Shown: positions 29,768 to 39,166 of the stretch, piece after piece | Numbering within the stretch: position 1 is the first letter of the stretch | Layout: every line of letters starts with the position of its first letter | DNA from: Treponemataceae bacterium | GTDB lineage: Bacteria > Spirochaetota > Spirochaetia > Treponematales > Rectinemataceae | Reading direction: 5' to 3' | Length of the DNA: 64,000 nt | NCBI GenBank assembly: GCA_963667725.2 | Contig: CAXXHO010000003.1 | Location: 2,176,001-2,240,000, forward strand | Made by a program: the position numbers and the translations under genes | Notes under the pieces: generated by a model | Database searches by the model: none | Told to the model about the DNA's origin: nothing | The model's input: the letters and a program-made list of their open reading frames with translations, nothing else

Positions 29768-30810
29768 GCGGAAAAGTGAGCGATGCGGTGAGCAATGCGG
29801 TGAGCGGCAACGTGGGTGGCGCGGCGCGCGGCGCGTCGCCGAAGCCCCTTCTCGAAGTACGGAACCTGCGAACCGTCATAGACACGGCTAGAGGCACGTT
29901 CCCCGCCGTGGACGACGTGAGCTTCGTCCTCGAGAGCGGGGCCGTACTCGGCATCGTGGGCGAGTCCGGTTCGGGCAAGTCCATGCTCGCGCTGAGCCTT
30001 CTGGGGCTTCTCCCCGGGAAGGCGCGGATCGAGGCTGGGGAAGCGCTCCTGGGCGGCATGGACCTGTGCGCTCTTTCCGAACGCGAGCTGCGCGGCGTGC
30101 GCGGACGCCGGATTGGCATGATATTCCAGGAGCCCCTGACATCCTTCGATCCCCTCTACACGATCGGGGATCAGATCGCGGAGAGCGTCCGCCAGCACTC
30201 GGGGCTCGGCCCCAGGCAGGCCAGGGCGCGGGCGGTGGAACTGCTTGCCACGGTGGGCATCCCCCGGCCCGATCTGGCCTGCGACGAATATCCCTTCCAG
30301 TTCTCGGGCGGAATGCGGCAGCGGGCGATGATCGCCATGGCCCTGGCTCCGGATCCCGAACTTCTGATTGCCGACGAGCCGACCACGGCCCTCGACGTCA
30401 CCATCCAGGCCCAGATATTGGAGCTGCTCAAGCAGCTCCAGCGCGAACGGGGTATAGCAGTGCTGTTCATCTCCCACAACCTCGGCGTCATCGCCGAGAT
30501 CGCCGACGAAGTGATGGTGATGTACGGCGGACAGGTGATGGAGCGCACGGAAGTGGAGCGGCTCTTCGACGCGCCCGCCCACCCCTACACACAGGCCCTT
30601 CTCGAGGCGCGGCCCGCGCTCGACAGGGAGCGCTCGAGGCTGCGTGCCATTCCGGGCCAGGTGCCTTCGCTGGAATCCCGCCCCGCGGGCTGTCCCTTCC
30701 ACCCCCGATGCGGCCGCGCCCTGGACATCTGTACGCGCGCCCGGCCGGCCAGATCCTTCCTCGGGCCAGGCCAGGAAGTCGCCTGTTGGCTCCATGGAGA
30801 GAAATCATGA
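29764..30810 (+). CDS. DppD-like ABC ATPase
   Basis: Real part of ORF 28819..30810; GESGSGKS, FSGGMRQR, DEPTTALD, HPYT, GCPFHPRC. Confidence 0.9.
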   Translation: MSGKVSDAVSNAVSGNVGGAARGASPKPLLEVRNLRTVIDTARGTFPAVDDVSFVLESGAVLGIVGESGSGKSMLALSLLGLLPGKARIEAGEALLGGMDLCALSERELRGVRGRRIGMIFQEPLTSFDPLYTIGDQIAESVRQHSGLGPRQARARAVELLATVGIPRPDLACDEYPFQFSGGMRQRAMIAMALAPDPELLIADEPTTALDVTIQAQILELLKQLQRERGIAVLFISHNLGVIAEIADEVMVMYGGQVMERTEVERLFDAPAHPYTQALLEARPALDRERSRLRAIPGQVPSLESRPAGCPFHPRCGRALDICTRARPARSFLGPGQEVACWLHGEKS

Positions 30811-31820
30811 GCGCGCCACTCGTCGAGATAGAGAATCTTCGTACATACTTCCATGGCCGCCGCCAGCTTTTCGGCGAGAAAAGGCCTGATGTCCGCGCCG
30901 TGGACGGCGTCAGTTTCTCGATAGCCTCAGGCGAAAGCTACGCCCTCGTAGGGGAGTCGGGCTGCGGCAAGTCCACGACGGGACGCTCCATCCTCCGCCT
31001 CGTCGAGCCCACGGGCGGGACGATACGTTTCGGCGGCCGCGACGTGAGGGCCGCTTCCAGCGTCGAGATGAGGTCCATGAGGCGCGAGATGCAGATGATC
31101 TTCCAGGACCCCTACAGTTCCCTCAATCCGCGCATGCGCGTTCAGGACATCGTCGCCGAGCCCCTCATCGTGCACCGCCTCGCTTCCGGGGCAGAGGCCG
31201 CGGCCCAGGCGCGGAAGATCCTCGACCGCTGCGGGATCCCCGAAGGCTCGGCGCGCCGCTTCCCCAGCGAGTTCTCGGGCGGCCAGCGACAAAGGGTCGT
31301 CATCGCGAGGGCTCTCGTGACGAAACCCCGCTTTATCGTGGCCGACGAACCCGTGAGCGCCCTGGACGTGAGCATCCAGGCCCAGATCCTAAACCTCCTC
31401 CAGGACCTGCAGGCCGAGTATTCCCTCACCTATCTCTTCATTTCGCACGATCTCGCGGTGGTGCGCACCGTGACCGACAGGATCGCGGTGATGTATCTCG
31501 GCAAGCTCGTCGAGGAAACCGACACGGCGCGATTCTTCGAGGGTCCCCTGCATCCCTACTCGCAGGCCCTGCTTTCGTCCGTTCCGCGGGACCATCCCAA
31601 GCGGGAGACATCCAGGATAATCCTTTCCGGAAGCCTGCCCTCGGCGTCGAATCCGCCGAATGGATGCAGGTTCCACACGCGCTGCCCCGTGGTCGGGGTA
31701 AACTGCCAGGCCGATGAGCCAGGGCTGGTTGAAGTGGCGCCGGGCCACCGCGTGGCCTGCCATCGCGCGGCGAAAGCGCGGGACTTTGACCGGCATGGTC
31801 TGATCGCGGACAGGCAATGA
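30807..31820 (+). CDS. DppF-like ABC ATPase
   Basis: Real part of ORF 30066..31820; GESGCGKST, FSGGQRQR, DEPVSALD, GCRFHTRC. Confidence 0.9.
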   Translation: MSAPLVEIENLRTYFHGRRQLFGEKRPDVRAVDGVSFSIASGESYALVGESGCGKSTTGRSILRLVEPTGGTIRFGGRDVRAASSVEMRSMRREMQMIFQDPYSSLNPRMRVQDIVAEPLIVHRLASGAEAAAQARKILDRCGIPEGSARRFPSEFSGGQRQRVVIARALVTKPRFIVADEPVSALDVSIQAQILNLLQDLQAEYSLTYLFISHDLAVVRTVTDRIAVMYLGKLVEETDTARFFEGPLHPYSQALLSSVPRDHPKRETSRIILSGSLPSASNPPNGCRFHTRCPVVGVNCQADEPGLVEVAPGHRVACHRAAKARDFDRHGLIADRQ

Positions 31821-31842
31821 AGGGCTGAATCGGAGGCATACA

Positions 31843-33216
31843 ATGACTTCCATGAATCATCTGAGAGGCAAGACGATCCTGGCGAACGGCTTCCACATGC
31901 CGCGCCGCGAGGCCGTCGACGCGTTCACCGGCGCGCTCATCGCGGTCGACAGGGAGGGCGTGATCGAATCCCTCCTCAGGCCAGGCGATCCCGGCTACGA
32001 AGCGAGGCTGCGATCGGCGCAGGATGACGGAAACCTCGTCAGGCTTCCCGAAGGGACCTACCTCCTGCCAGGACTCATCGATACCCACGTGCACGCTCCT
32101 CAGTACCCGCAGCTCGGACAGGCCCTCGACGTGCCCCTCGAGGAATGGCTCTACAAGTACACCTTCCCCCTTGAAGCCCGCTACGCGGATATAGCCTTCG
32201 CGCGGGCGACCTATTCCCTTCTCGTCGACGACCTCATCGCCATCGGCACGACGACGGCCCTCTACTACGCCACGATCCACCAGGACGCCACAAGGATTCT
32301 CGCCGATATCTGCCTGGAAAAAGGGCAGAGGGCTCTCGTCGGGAAGGTCGCGATGGACCACAGGGAGCAGTGCCCCGACTACTATCGGGACGCCTCCGCC
32401 GACGAGGCCATCCGCGGCACGGCCGACCTCTTCGACTATGTGAAGGCGAATCCCGACAACGCCGAGGGCAGGGTCCTGGCCGTGGTGTCGCCGCGCTTCA
32501 TCCCCTCCTGTACGGACGCTTCCCTGAAGGGCCTGGGAGCCCTGGCGAAGCAGCTCGGCTGCCACGTTCAGACGCACTGCTCGGAGGGCGACTGGGAGCA
32601 TCGTTTCGTGATCGAGCGATTCGGCATGACGGATACCGAGGCCCTGGACAGTTTCGGTTTTCTAGGCCGGAAAAGCCTGCTCGGCCACGCCCCTCACCTC
32701 ACCGCGGGCGACATGGACATATTCAAGGCCCGCGGATCGGCGGTCTCGCACTGCCCTCTGTCGAACGCCTACTTCGCGAGCGCCGTGTTCCCGCTGCGCG
32801 CTGCCCTCGAGCGGGGCCTGCACGTGGCCCTCGGCACCGACGTCTCGGGCGGGCCGTCCAGCTCCATGTTCGAGGCTATGCGCGAGTCCATCGCCGCCTC
32901 GCGCATGCTGGAGACGGGCAACGACGCGAGGTTCTCGCCGGAGGACCGACGCGGCCGACCCTTCAGCAGGGTCGATTTCCGCGACGCCTTCTACATCGCG
33001 ACAACAGGAGGCGGCAACGCCCTCGATCTTCCGATCGGCAACTTCAGCCCCGGCTACCACTTCGACGCCATCGCCGTGGACACAAGAGCGCCGGAGGGTT
33101 CGATCCGGCTCTGGGACGATCTCGACACGGGCGAGAAAATACTGCAGAAGATCGTCTACACCACGACAAGGCCCAATATCGCGTCGGTGTGGGTAGGAGG
33201 GAGACAGATCCGCTAG
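31843..33216 (+). CDS. guaD: Guanine deaminase
   Basis: DTHVHAPQY, SPRFIPSCT, QTHCSE, HCPLSN, GTDVSGG. Confidence 0.92.
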   Translation: MTSMNHLRGKTILANGFHMPRREAVDAFTGALIAVDREGVIESLLRPGDPGYEARLRSAQDDGNLVRLPEGTYLLPGLIDTHVHAPQYPQLGQALDVPLEEWLYKYTFPLEARYADIAFARATYSLLVDDLIAIGTTTALYYATIHQDATRILADICLEKGQRALVGKVAMDHREQCPDYYRDASADEAIRGTADLFDYVKANPDNAEGRVLAVVSPRFIPSCTDASLKGLGALAKQLGCHVQTHCSEGDWEHRFVIERFGMTDTEALDSFGFLGRKSLLGHAPHLTAGDMDIFKARGSAVSHCPLSNAYFASAVFPLRAALERGLHVALGTDVSGGPSSSMFEAMRESIAASRMLETGNDARFSPEDRRGRPFSRVDFRDAFYIATTGGGNALDLPIGNFSPGYHFDAIAVDTRAPEGSIRLWDDLDTGEKILQKIVYTTTRPNIASVWVGGRQIR

Positions 33217-33307
33217 ATCAAGAAATAGGCTTTTGCCTTGCGCGCCTAGGGGAAGTGCGGTACGATATATTCCGTCGTATCGCATCATATTCGCCATAGG
33301 AGGTATC

Positions 33308-35155
33308 ATGAAACGCATCGCATTGGTACTATGCGTCGCGCTGCTTTCGCTGTCCGTTTTCGCTCAAGGAACGCCGACGGAAAAGAGCGTTACGCTCACG
33401 TTTATCGAGACATCGGACATCCATGGGGCGATTTACCCCTACGATTTCGTCAACGCGAAGCCGATGGCGACATCGCTCGCCCAGATCGCCAGCCTCATCA
33501 AAGAGGAAAGGGTGGCCAATCCGAACGTCATCCTTCTCGACAACGGCGACTCCCTCCAGGGACAGCCCACCGTCTACTACTACAACTTTGAAAAGACAAA
33601 CGGCCCCCATATCTGGTCGCAAGCCCTCAACTATCTCCAGTTCGACGCTATCGGCGTCGGTAACCACGACATCGAAGCCGGCCACAATGTCTACGACAAG
33701 CTCTACGAGGAAGTCCAGGCATCGGTGCTCTGCGCCAACGCCGTGAAGCCGGACGGAAGCCCCTACTTCACCCCCTACTCCATCATCGAAAAGAGCGGCG
33801 TAAAGATCGCCATCCTCGGCATGATTACGCCGAAAGTCCCCGACTGGCTGCCGCCGCAGTTCTGGACGGGCATGGAGTTCGAGGACATGGTGGAAAGCGC
33901 TAAAAAGTGGATTCCCATCATCCAGCAGAAAGAAAAACCTGACGTCATCGTCGGCCTCTTCCACGCCGGCGTCGACTACAGCTACGGCAACGTCAAGAAA
34001 GATACCAAATTCAACGAAAACGCCTCGCAGATCGTCGCTGAGCAGGTCCCCGGCTTCGATATGATCTTCGTCGGCCACGACCATTCCGGCTGGGATGGCA
34101 TGGGATGGGACCCTGCTACCAAGAAAAAGATCGAAGTGAAGGATCCCAACGGCAAGACCGTCTACATCTACGGCGCCCTCAACGCGGCCAGGAAAGTCCC
34201 CATCGTCAACCTCACCCTTGACTGGAACGACGCGACCGGAAAATGGGAAAAACGCGTCCGAGGCGGTCTCGTCGATGTTGGCCAGTACAAGGCCGATCCC
34301 GACTTCAACGCCCAGTTCCAGCCCGGCTATGACGATATCAAGAAATGGGTCGACCGTCCCATCGGCAAGATGGACGGCGTCATCACCACCCGCGACTCCA
34401 TGTTCGGCGATTCAGCCTTCGTCGACCTCATCCACAGAATCCAGCTCGATCTCTCCAAAGACCCCGCCATGGGGCTTGCCGCGGCCGACATTTCCTTCGT
34501 GGCCCCGCTCTCCGCGGACGCCAAGATACCGACGAGCGCCGACGGCACCCTCTATGTCCGCGACATGTTCAACCTCTACGTGTACGAGAATTTCCTCTAC
34601 ACGATGACGATGACCGGAAAGCAGATCAAGGATTTCCTCGAATATTCCTACAGGTTCTGGTTCGACACCATGCCGAACGAGGGCAACCATCTCATCGCTT
34701 TCCAGAAGGACAAGGAAGGGAAACTGGTGTTCGACGCCAGGTATAACACCGCCCAAACGCAGACCCGCTACTACAACTACGACTCGGCGGCGGGCATCAA
34801 CTATTTCATCGACGTGACCCAGCCTGTGGGCAACAAGGTCAACATCACTTCCATGTCCGACGGCAGAGCCTTCAATCCCGACGCGACCTACACGGTGGCC
34901 ATCAATTCCTACCGCGGTTCAGGCGGCGGCGGCCATCTCGAGAAGGGCGCGGGCATCGACGCGACGACCATCAGGACGATGAAGCTGGTCAACGGCGCCA
35001 CCACGAAGGACCTGCGCTTCTTCCTTCTCAAGTGGTTCGAGAGCCAGACCGAAACCGTGACGGTAGCCCCCATAGGCAACTGGTCCGTGGGCCCCGAGGA
35101 TCTGGTGGCTGCGGGTATCGCGAACGACTATCCGCTGCTCTATCCGAAAAAGTAA
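33308..35155 (+). CDS. Secreted 2',3'-cyclic-nucleotide phosphodiesterase / nucleotidase (CpdB-like)
   Basis: Signal peptide; ETSDIHG, DNGDSLQG, GNHD, GHDH, LYVYEN, NSYRGSGGGGH. Confidence 0.88.
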   Translation: MKRIALVLCVALLSLSVFAQGTPTEKSVTLTFIETSDIHGAIYPYDFVNAKPMATSLAQIASLIKEERVANPNVILLDNGDSLQGQPTVYYYNFEKTNGPHIWSQALNYLQFDAIGVGNHDIEAGHNVYDKLYEEVQASVLCANAVKPDGSPYFTPYSIIEKSGVKIAILGMITPKVPDWLPPQFWTGMEFEDMVESAKKWIPIIQQKEKPDVIVGLFHAGVDYSYGNVKKDTKFNENASQIVAEQVPGFDMIFVGHDHSGWDGMGWDPATKKKIEVKDPNGKTVYIYGALNAARKVPIVNLTLDWNDATGKWEKRVRGGLVDVGQYKADPDFNAQFQPGYDDIKKWVDRPIGKMDGVITTRDSMFGDSAFVDLIHRIQLDLSKDPAMGLAAADISFVAPLSADAKIPTSADGTLYVRDMFNLYVYENFLYTMTMTGKQIKDFLEYSYRFWFDTMPNEGNHLIAFQKDKEGKLVFDARYNTAQTQTRYYNYDSAAGINYFIDVTQPVGNKVNITSMSDGRAFNPDATYTVAINSYRGSGGGGHLEKGAGIDATTIRTMKLVNGATTKDLRFFLLKWFESQTETVTVAPIGNWSVGPEDLVAAGIANDYPLLYPKK

Positions 35156-35185
35156 TGTACCGATTCGATTCCGCTTTGTGATCCG

Positions 35186-35219
35186 GCCGGCCGCCCTCAG
35201 CGAGGGCGGCCGGCTTTTT
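35186..35219 (+). terminator. Rho-independent terminator
   Basis: GCCGGCCGCCCTC-AGC-GAGGGCGGCCGGC-TTTTT. Confidence 0.88.
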
Positions 35220-35260
35220 ATTGCTTTTTGATGATAATAATGGTATTTTACAATCGATGA

Positions 35261-35374
35261 GGCTGTTCCGCCCCAAAGGGAAACAGCCCAAGCCGCGATG
35301 GGCTTCGGCCACCGGCGAATAAAAACGGGATGAGCCATACGTATGGCATTCCGGTTTCCTTTAAGGAGGGAAAC
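35261..35374 (+). promoter_or_regulatory. Structured hsp20 5' leader, candidate RNA thermometer
   Basis: Four consecutive hairpins; last (GTTTCCTTT-AAG-GAGGGAAAC) pairs the Shine-Dalgarno; TTGCTT-N17-TATTTT at 35221. Confidence 0.5.
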
Positions 35375-35375
35375 G

Positions 35376-35957
35376 ATGAAAAGCAACAAAACCTATGTGG
35401 ACATCGGCTCCATTTTGGACGACGTGTTCGAGGCTGCCAAGGATTTCGGCGAGAAAATGAAAGATTTCGCGCCCGGATTCGACGGCTGCGGTCCCAACCC
35501 TATGGGCGGCTTTGGCGCCGGCGGCGAAACCCATGGCGGCGGCGCGACGGGAGGGGCTTGGTTCGACGCCCAGTCCGACGAGAACGCCGATTATTATCCC
35601 AATTTTTCCTATCCGCCGATGAACATTTATCTCACCACGGAACGCAGCATCGTGTTCGAGTTCGCCGTGGCCGGCTTCGAGGAGAAAAACATAAGCCTTT
35701 CATTCCAGGGCGACTATATGGTGTTTTCCGCCAAGATCGAGATGGAGCCGCCCCTCGAGGGCATCCGCTATTTCAAGCGCAGGCTTAAGCTTAAGGACAT
35801 CGAGAAGCAGAAGTACTACGTTCCCGCCGACAAGTTCGATCAGGAAAAGGTGAAGGCCGTTTTCAGGAACGGTATCCTGAAAGTGACCGTTCCCCCCAGG
35901 GAAGAAGCCGAATCCAACGAAGGCATCAAGATCGAGATCGTGAGGGAAGGCGAATAA
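35376..35957 (+). CDS. Hsp20/alpha-crystallin small heat-shock protein
   Basis: YPPMNIY, FAVAGF, KAVFRNGILKVTVP; AAGGAGG RBS. Confidence 0.88.
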   Translation: MKSNKTYVDIGSILDDVFEAAKDFGEKMKDFAPGFDGCGPNPMGGFGAGGETHGGGATGGAWFDAQSDENADYYPNFSYPPMNIYLTTERSIVFEFAVAGFEEKNISLSFQGDYMVFSAKIEMEPPLEGIRYFKRRLKLKDIEKQKYYVPADKFDQEKVKAVFRNGILKVTVPPREEAESNEGIKIEIVREGE

Positions 35958-36044
35958 GCGACGGCGCGCGGCGACGTCCGCGCACTACGGCGCGGTAGCG
36001 CCGGCGCAGAGCTGCGCCACCACGATTTTCCGAATAGAGGTAAT

Positions 36045-36081
36045 AAAAGCCGCCCGGGTCCACGACTCGGGCGGCTTTTTT
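36045..36081. terminator. Bidirectional terminator between convergent genes
   Basis: AAAAGCCGCCCGGGTC-CAC-GACTCGGGCGGCTTTTTT. Confidence 0.85.
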
Positions 36082-36120
36082 ATTTTCCGGAATGCCATCC
36101 TTCGGCGCGGGATGGCGCGG

Positions 36121-37056
36121 TCAAGGATTCCCGCGCCCGCCCAGAAGGTTGATGGCCAGCATGCAGGCGCCGAAGGAGGCGCTTTCGGCGGGCTCGACCG
36201 GTTTCAGGCCGGGGCACTCTGTCTTCAGCCTCTCGAGGATCGAGCCGCGAAGCCAGGGGTTGTGGTCGAGGAGGCCCCCCGACAGCAGGATGGATGGATC
36301 GGCGATGCGGCCCTGGGCGCGATCGCGGACGGAGGCGACGAGGCGCACGAGTTCATCGCGGGATTCCTCCATGATGGCTATGGCCAGCGGATCGCCGGCG
36401 GCGCGGTGGAGTTCCACGAGGTCGGCAGCGCCGGCGATCCGCGCCTTGTCAAAGCCCTTATAGACGAAGCGCACGAAATCGCCGCCGCTCTCGAGGCCGA
36501 ATTTTTCCAGGAGCGGCCCGAGCATGGCCGTGGGTAGGTCGCGGCCTTCGGCCGAGCGCAGGGCGCGGCGGATGGCCTGAAAGCCGATGAAGAAAGCAGA
36601 ACCCTCGTCGCTGAGGTAATGGCCGAGGCCGCCGGCGCGGAATCGCGTGCCGTCGGCCAGGCGCACGATGGCGATCGAGCCGGTGCCGGCTATGAGAAGG
36701 TATCCCTCCAGACGTTTCAGGCCGCCCACGAGGGCGATATCCGGATCCGAAAGCATCGCGAGGGGACAGCCAATCCCGAATTCACCCCTGATCAGAGACT
36801 CCATCTCGAGACGCTCGACGGGCCGGTCCATTCCCGCGACGCCGAAACAGCCCGCGCCCAGATCCCCCGCGGCAATGCCGGTCGTGCCGAAGGCTTCGGC
36901 GAAAAGCTTCCCGAGCCTCTCGACGATCAAGGGCTTCGGGACAGCATTCGGATTGATGCCTTCGCCCTTGCCTTCCCATAGCGGTTTGTTGTTTTCGTCC
37001 GCGAGACGCAGGCGCGTGCTCGTCCCACCGCCATCCACCCCCAATACTATGCTCAT
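36121..37056 (-). CDS. BadF-type N-acetylglucosamine/N-acetylhexosamine kinase
   Basis: GVDGGGTST, GVAG, IAGTGS, GGLGHYLSDEGSA. Confidence 0.85.
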   Translation of the reverse strand: MSIVLGVDGGGTSTRLRLADENNKPLWEGKGEGINPNAVPKPLIVERLGKLFAEAFGTTGIAAGDLGAGCFGVAGMDRPVERLEMESLIRGEFGIGCPLAMLSDPDIALVGGLKRLEGYLLIAGTGSIAIVRLADGTRFRAGGLGHYLSDEGSAFFIGFQAIRRALRSAEGRDLPTAMLGPLLEKFGLESGGDFVRFVYKGFDKARIAGAADLVELHRAAGDPLAIAIMEESRDELVRLVASVRDRAQGRIADPSILLSGGLLDHNPWLRGSILERLKTECPGLKPVEPAESASFGACMLAINLLGGRGNP

Positions 37057-37931
37057 GGAACTTTTCCTTTCCTCTGGTGGGTCGCGGCCATCGTGCGCTC
37101 CAGGGCCGCGATAGACATGTCGAGATTTTTCGAGACGATGATGGAGTAGAGGATATCGACGACCGTCAGCTGGTTGATTCGCGACGTGACGGCGGCCTGC
37201 CTGTATATCCGTTCCGAGGCCGGCACGAGCAGCTTGATGTCGGCTACGGCGCGTATGCTGTTCGCGCTGTCCATCGTAAGGCTTATGACCTTCGCTCCGC
37301 GCAGTTTCGCCTGTTTCGCCGCTTCCAACATTCCCGCGTTTTCTCCCGAATAGGAAATCACGAAAGCGACGTCGCTCGGCTTGAGCGAGGCGGCCGCCGT
37401 CACCTGCAAGTCCAGGTCGGCCGTGAAAAAGGAATGGAGGCCGATGCGAAGGAGCTTCTGCAGGAAATCGTTGGCGACGATGCCAGAAGCCCCTACGCCG
37501 AAGAGGGCTGTGGAGGAAGCTCCGATGATGGCGTTGGATGCCGCTTCCATGACTTTCGGATCCAGCAGCGCGCGCAGCTGGGAAAGTCCCTGCTGGGAAA
37601 AAGCGATCACGCTCTGGATGACTTGCTCGGGCGGCGTCATGGACTCCAGGTCGAGGTCGGGGATGAATCGTTCGTCGAAATCGCTGAAGACATCCTGGGC
37701 GAGTCTCATCTTGAAGTCATTGTAGCTTCCGAGTCCCGTCCTTTTGCAGAACCGGATTACCGCCGCCTGGCTGACGCCGCTCTGCCGGGCCAGTTCGCCC
37801 ACGTTGTAGTACAGCGTCTTTTTCGGCTCCCGGAAGATATAATCGGCTACCTTACGCTCGGCCTCCGAAAGGCTGGCCAGGCGGACGCGGATGGCCGCCA
37901 GGGCGCCGTCGAGATTGCCTATTTCATCCAT
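37053..37931 (-). CDS. MurR/RpiR family transcriptional regulator
   Basis: LSEAERKVADYI, VSQAAVIRFCK, FGVGAS, ISYSG. Confidence 0.92.
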   Translation of the reverse strand: MDEIGNLDGALAAIRVRLASLSEAERKVADYIFREPKKTLYYNVGELARQSGVSQAAVIRFCKRTGLGSYNDFKMRLAQDVFSDFDERFIPDLDLESMTPPEQVIQSVIAFSQQGLSQLRALLDPKVMEAASNAIIGASSTALFGVGASGIVANDFLQKLLRIGLHSFFTADLDLQVTAAASLKPSDVAFVISYSGENAGMLEAAKQAKLRGAKVISLTMDSANSIRAVADIKLLVPASERIYRQAAVTSRINQLTVVDILYSIIVSKNLDMSIAALERTMAATHQRKGKVP

Positions 37932-39141
37932 TGCTTCGCCCGTCTTTCCGCTCTTCGTCCCCGCGGGATGCCTCCATCTCCTTCAGCCATCCGATGCAGG
38001 CGAGGAGGTCCCTGGGAATGTGGAAAAAGCCCTTCCACTTTCCGCCCTTGAGCGTGAGCGCCACCTCGCCCCTCCTGTCCAGATAGCCATACCACTCCCC
38101 GTGCTCGGGATCGGGAAACCGCTTCCAAGTCCAGTCATGAATTTTCCTGAACCAGGCTTCGCAAGCCGGGTCGCCCGTCAGCTTATATGCGAGGAGGAAG
38201 GCGCAGAGCGCCTCGGCGTGGACCCACCACAGTTTCATGCCCGCCTCTATTTTATCGGTGGGGAAGCCCTCGAAGTCCTGATAGTAGTAGATGCCGCCAT
38301 AGGTTTGGTCCCAGCCGCGTTCGACGGTCCAAAGCATGGCGTCCCGCGCGGTCTCGATCATGGCGACGTCGCCCCGCTTTTCCGCCACGCTCATGATGAA
38401 CCACAGAGTTTCGAGCGCGTGGCCGGGCGTCAGCAGCCGGCCTTCCATGCAGTCGGGGCGAGTTCCGTCGGCGAATACTCTCTCGAAGAGAGCCTTGCGC
38501 TCGCGATCCAGGTGGAGCGTCAGCACCTGCCGTATCGCGGCGTCCACGATGTCGTCCAGCTCGGGCTGGGGCACGATGCCTTCCATCACGCCCGCCATCC
38601 ACACCTGCATCATCGGGAAGGACATGGCGAGAATCGGGCGGTTCGCGCCAATCTGCTTGTTCCATTGTCCCTTGGGATTGGCCTTGCGCTCCTGTATGCG
38701 GTTCCAGGTGGAGACAGCCATTTGCGTCGCCCAGGTTTCGCCCGACGAGCGGCCGTATTCCGCCAAACCCGCCGCGCAGAAACAGTCAGAATAGATATTG
38801 TAGGGCTGCACGAGGGGCTTTCCTTCGCGGTCGACCGCGAACCAGAAATCGCCGTTCGGCGCCCTTCCCTTCTCGCGTAGGAAATCGGCGCCCAGCCTCG
38901 CCATGTCGAGCCAGCGGGGTTCCCGCCTCACCGTCCTGTAGAGCTGGGAAAATCCCCAGACTTCGCGGCCCTGCATCCACATGAATTTGTCTTTGTCGAA
39001 AACTGTCCCGTCGCGATCCATGCAGCTGAAGTATCCCCCGGCCTCACGGTCCGGGCTGTAGCGCTCCCAGAAAGGGATCACGCTTTCAAAGAGTTCTTTT
39101 TCATATAATTTTCTGAACGCCGTCAGCTCGTCTTTGGTCAT
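37924..39141 (-). CDS. N-acylglucosamine 2-epimerase (AGE family)
   Basis: DKFMWMQGR, PGHALE, KLWWVHAE, GEWYGYL, KGGKWKGFFHIPR. Confidence 0.92.
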   Translation of the reverse strand: MTKDELTAFRKLYEKELFESVIPFWERYSPDREAGGYFSCMDRDGTVFDKDKFMWMQGREVWGFSQLYRTVRREPRWLDMARLGADFLREKGRAPNGDFWFAVDREGKPLVQPYNIYSDCFCAAGLAEYGRSSGETWATQMAVSTWNRIQERKANPKGQWNKQIGANRPILAMSFPMMQVWMAGVMEGIVPQPELDDIVDAAIRQVLTLHLDRERKALFERVFADGTRPDCMEGRLLTPGHALETLWFIMSVAEKRGDVAMIETARDAMLWTVERGWDQTYGGIYYYQDFEGFPTDKIEAGMKLWWVHAEALCAFLLAYKLTGDPACEAWFRKIHDWTWKRFPDPEHGEWYGYLDRRGEVALTLKGGKWKGFFHIPRDLLACIGWLKEMEASRGDEERKDGRSNG

Positions 39142-39166
39142 GTAAAGCTCCGTGCTCCGCGCGGTT

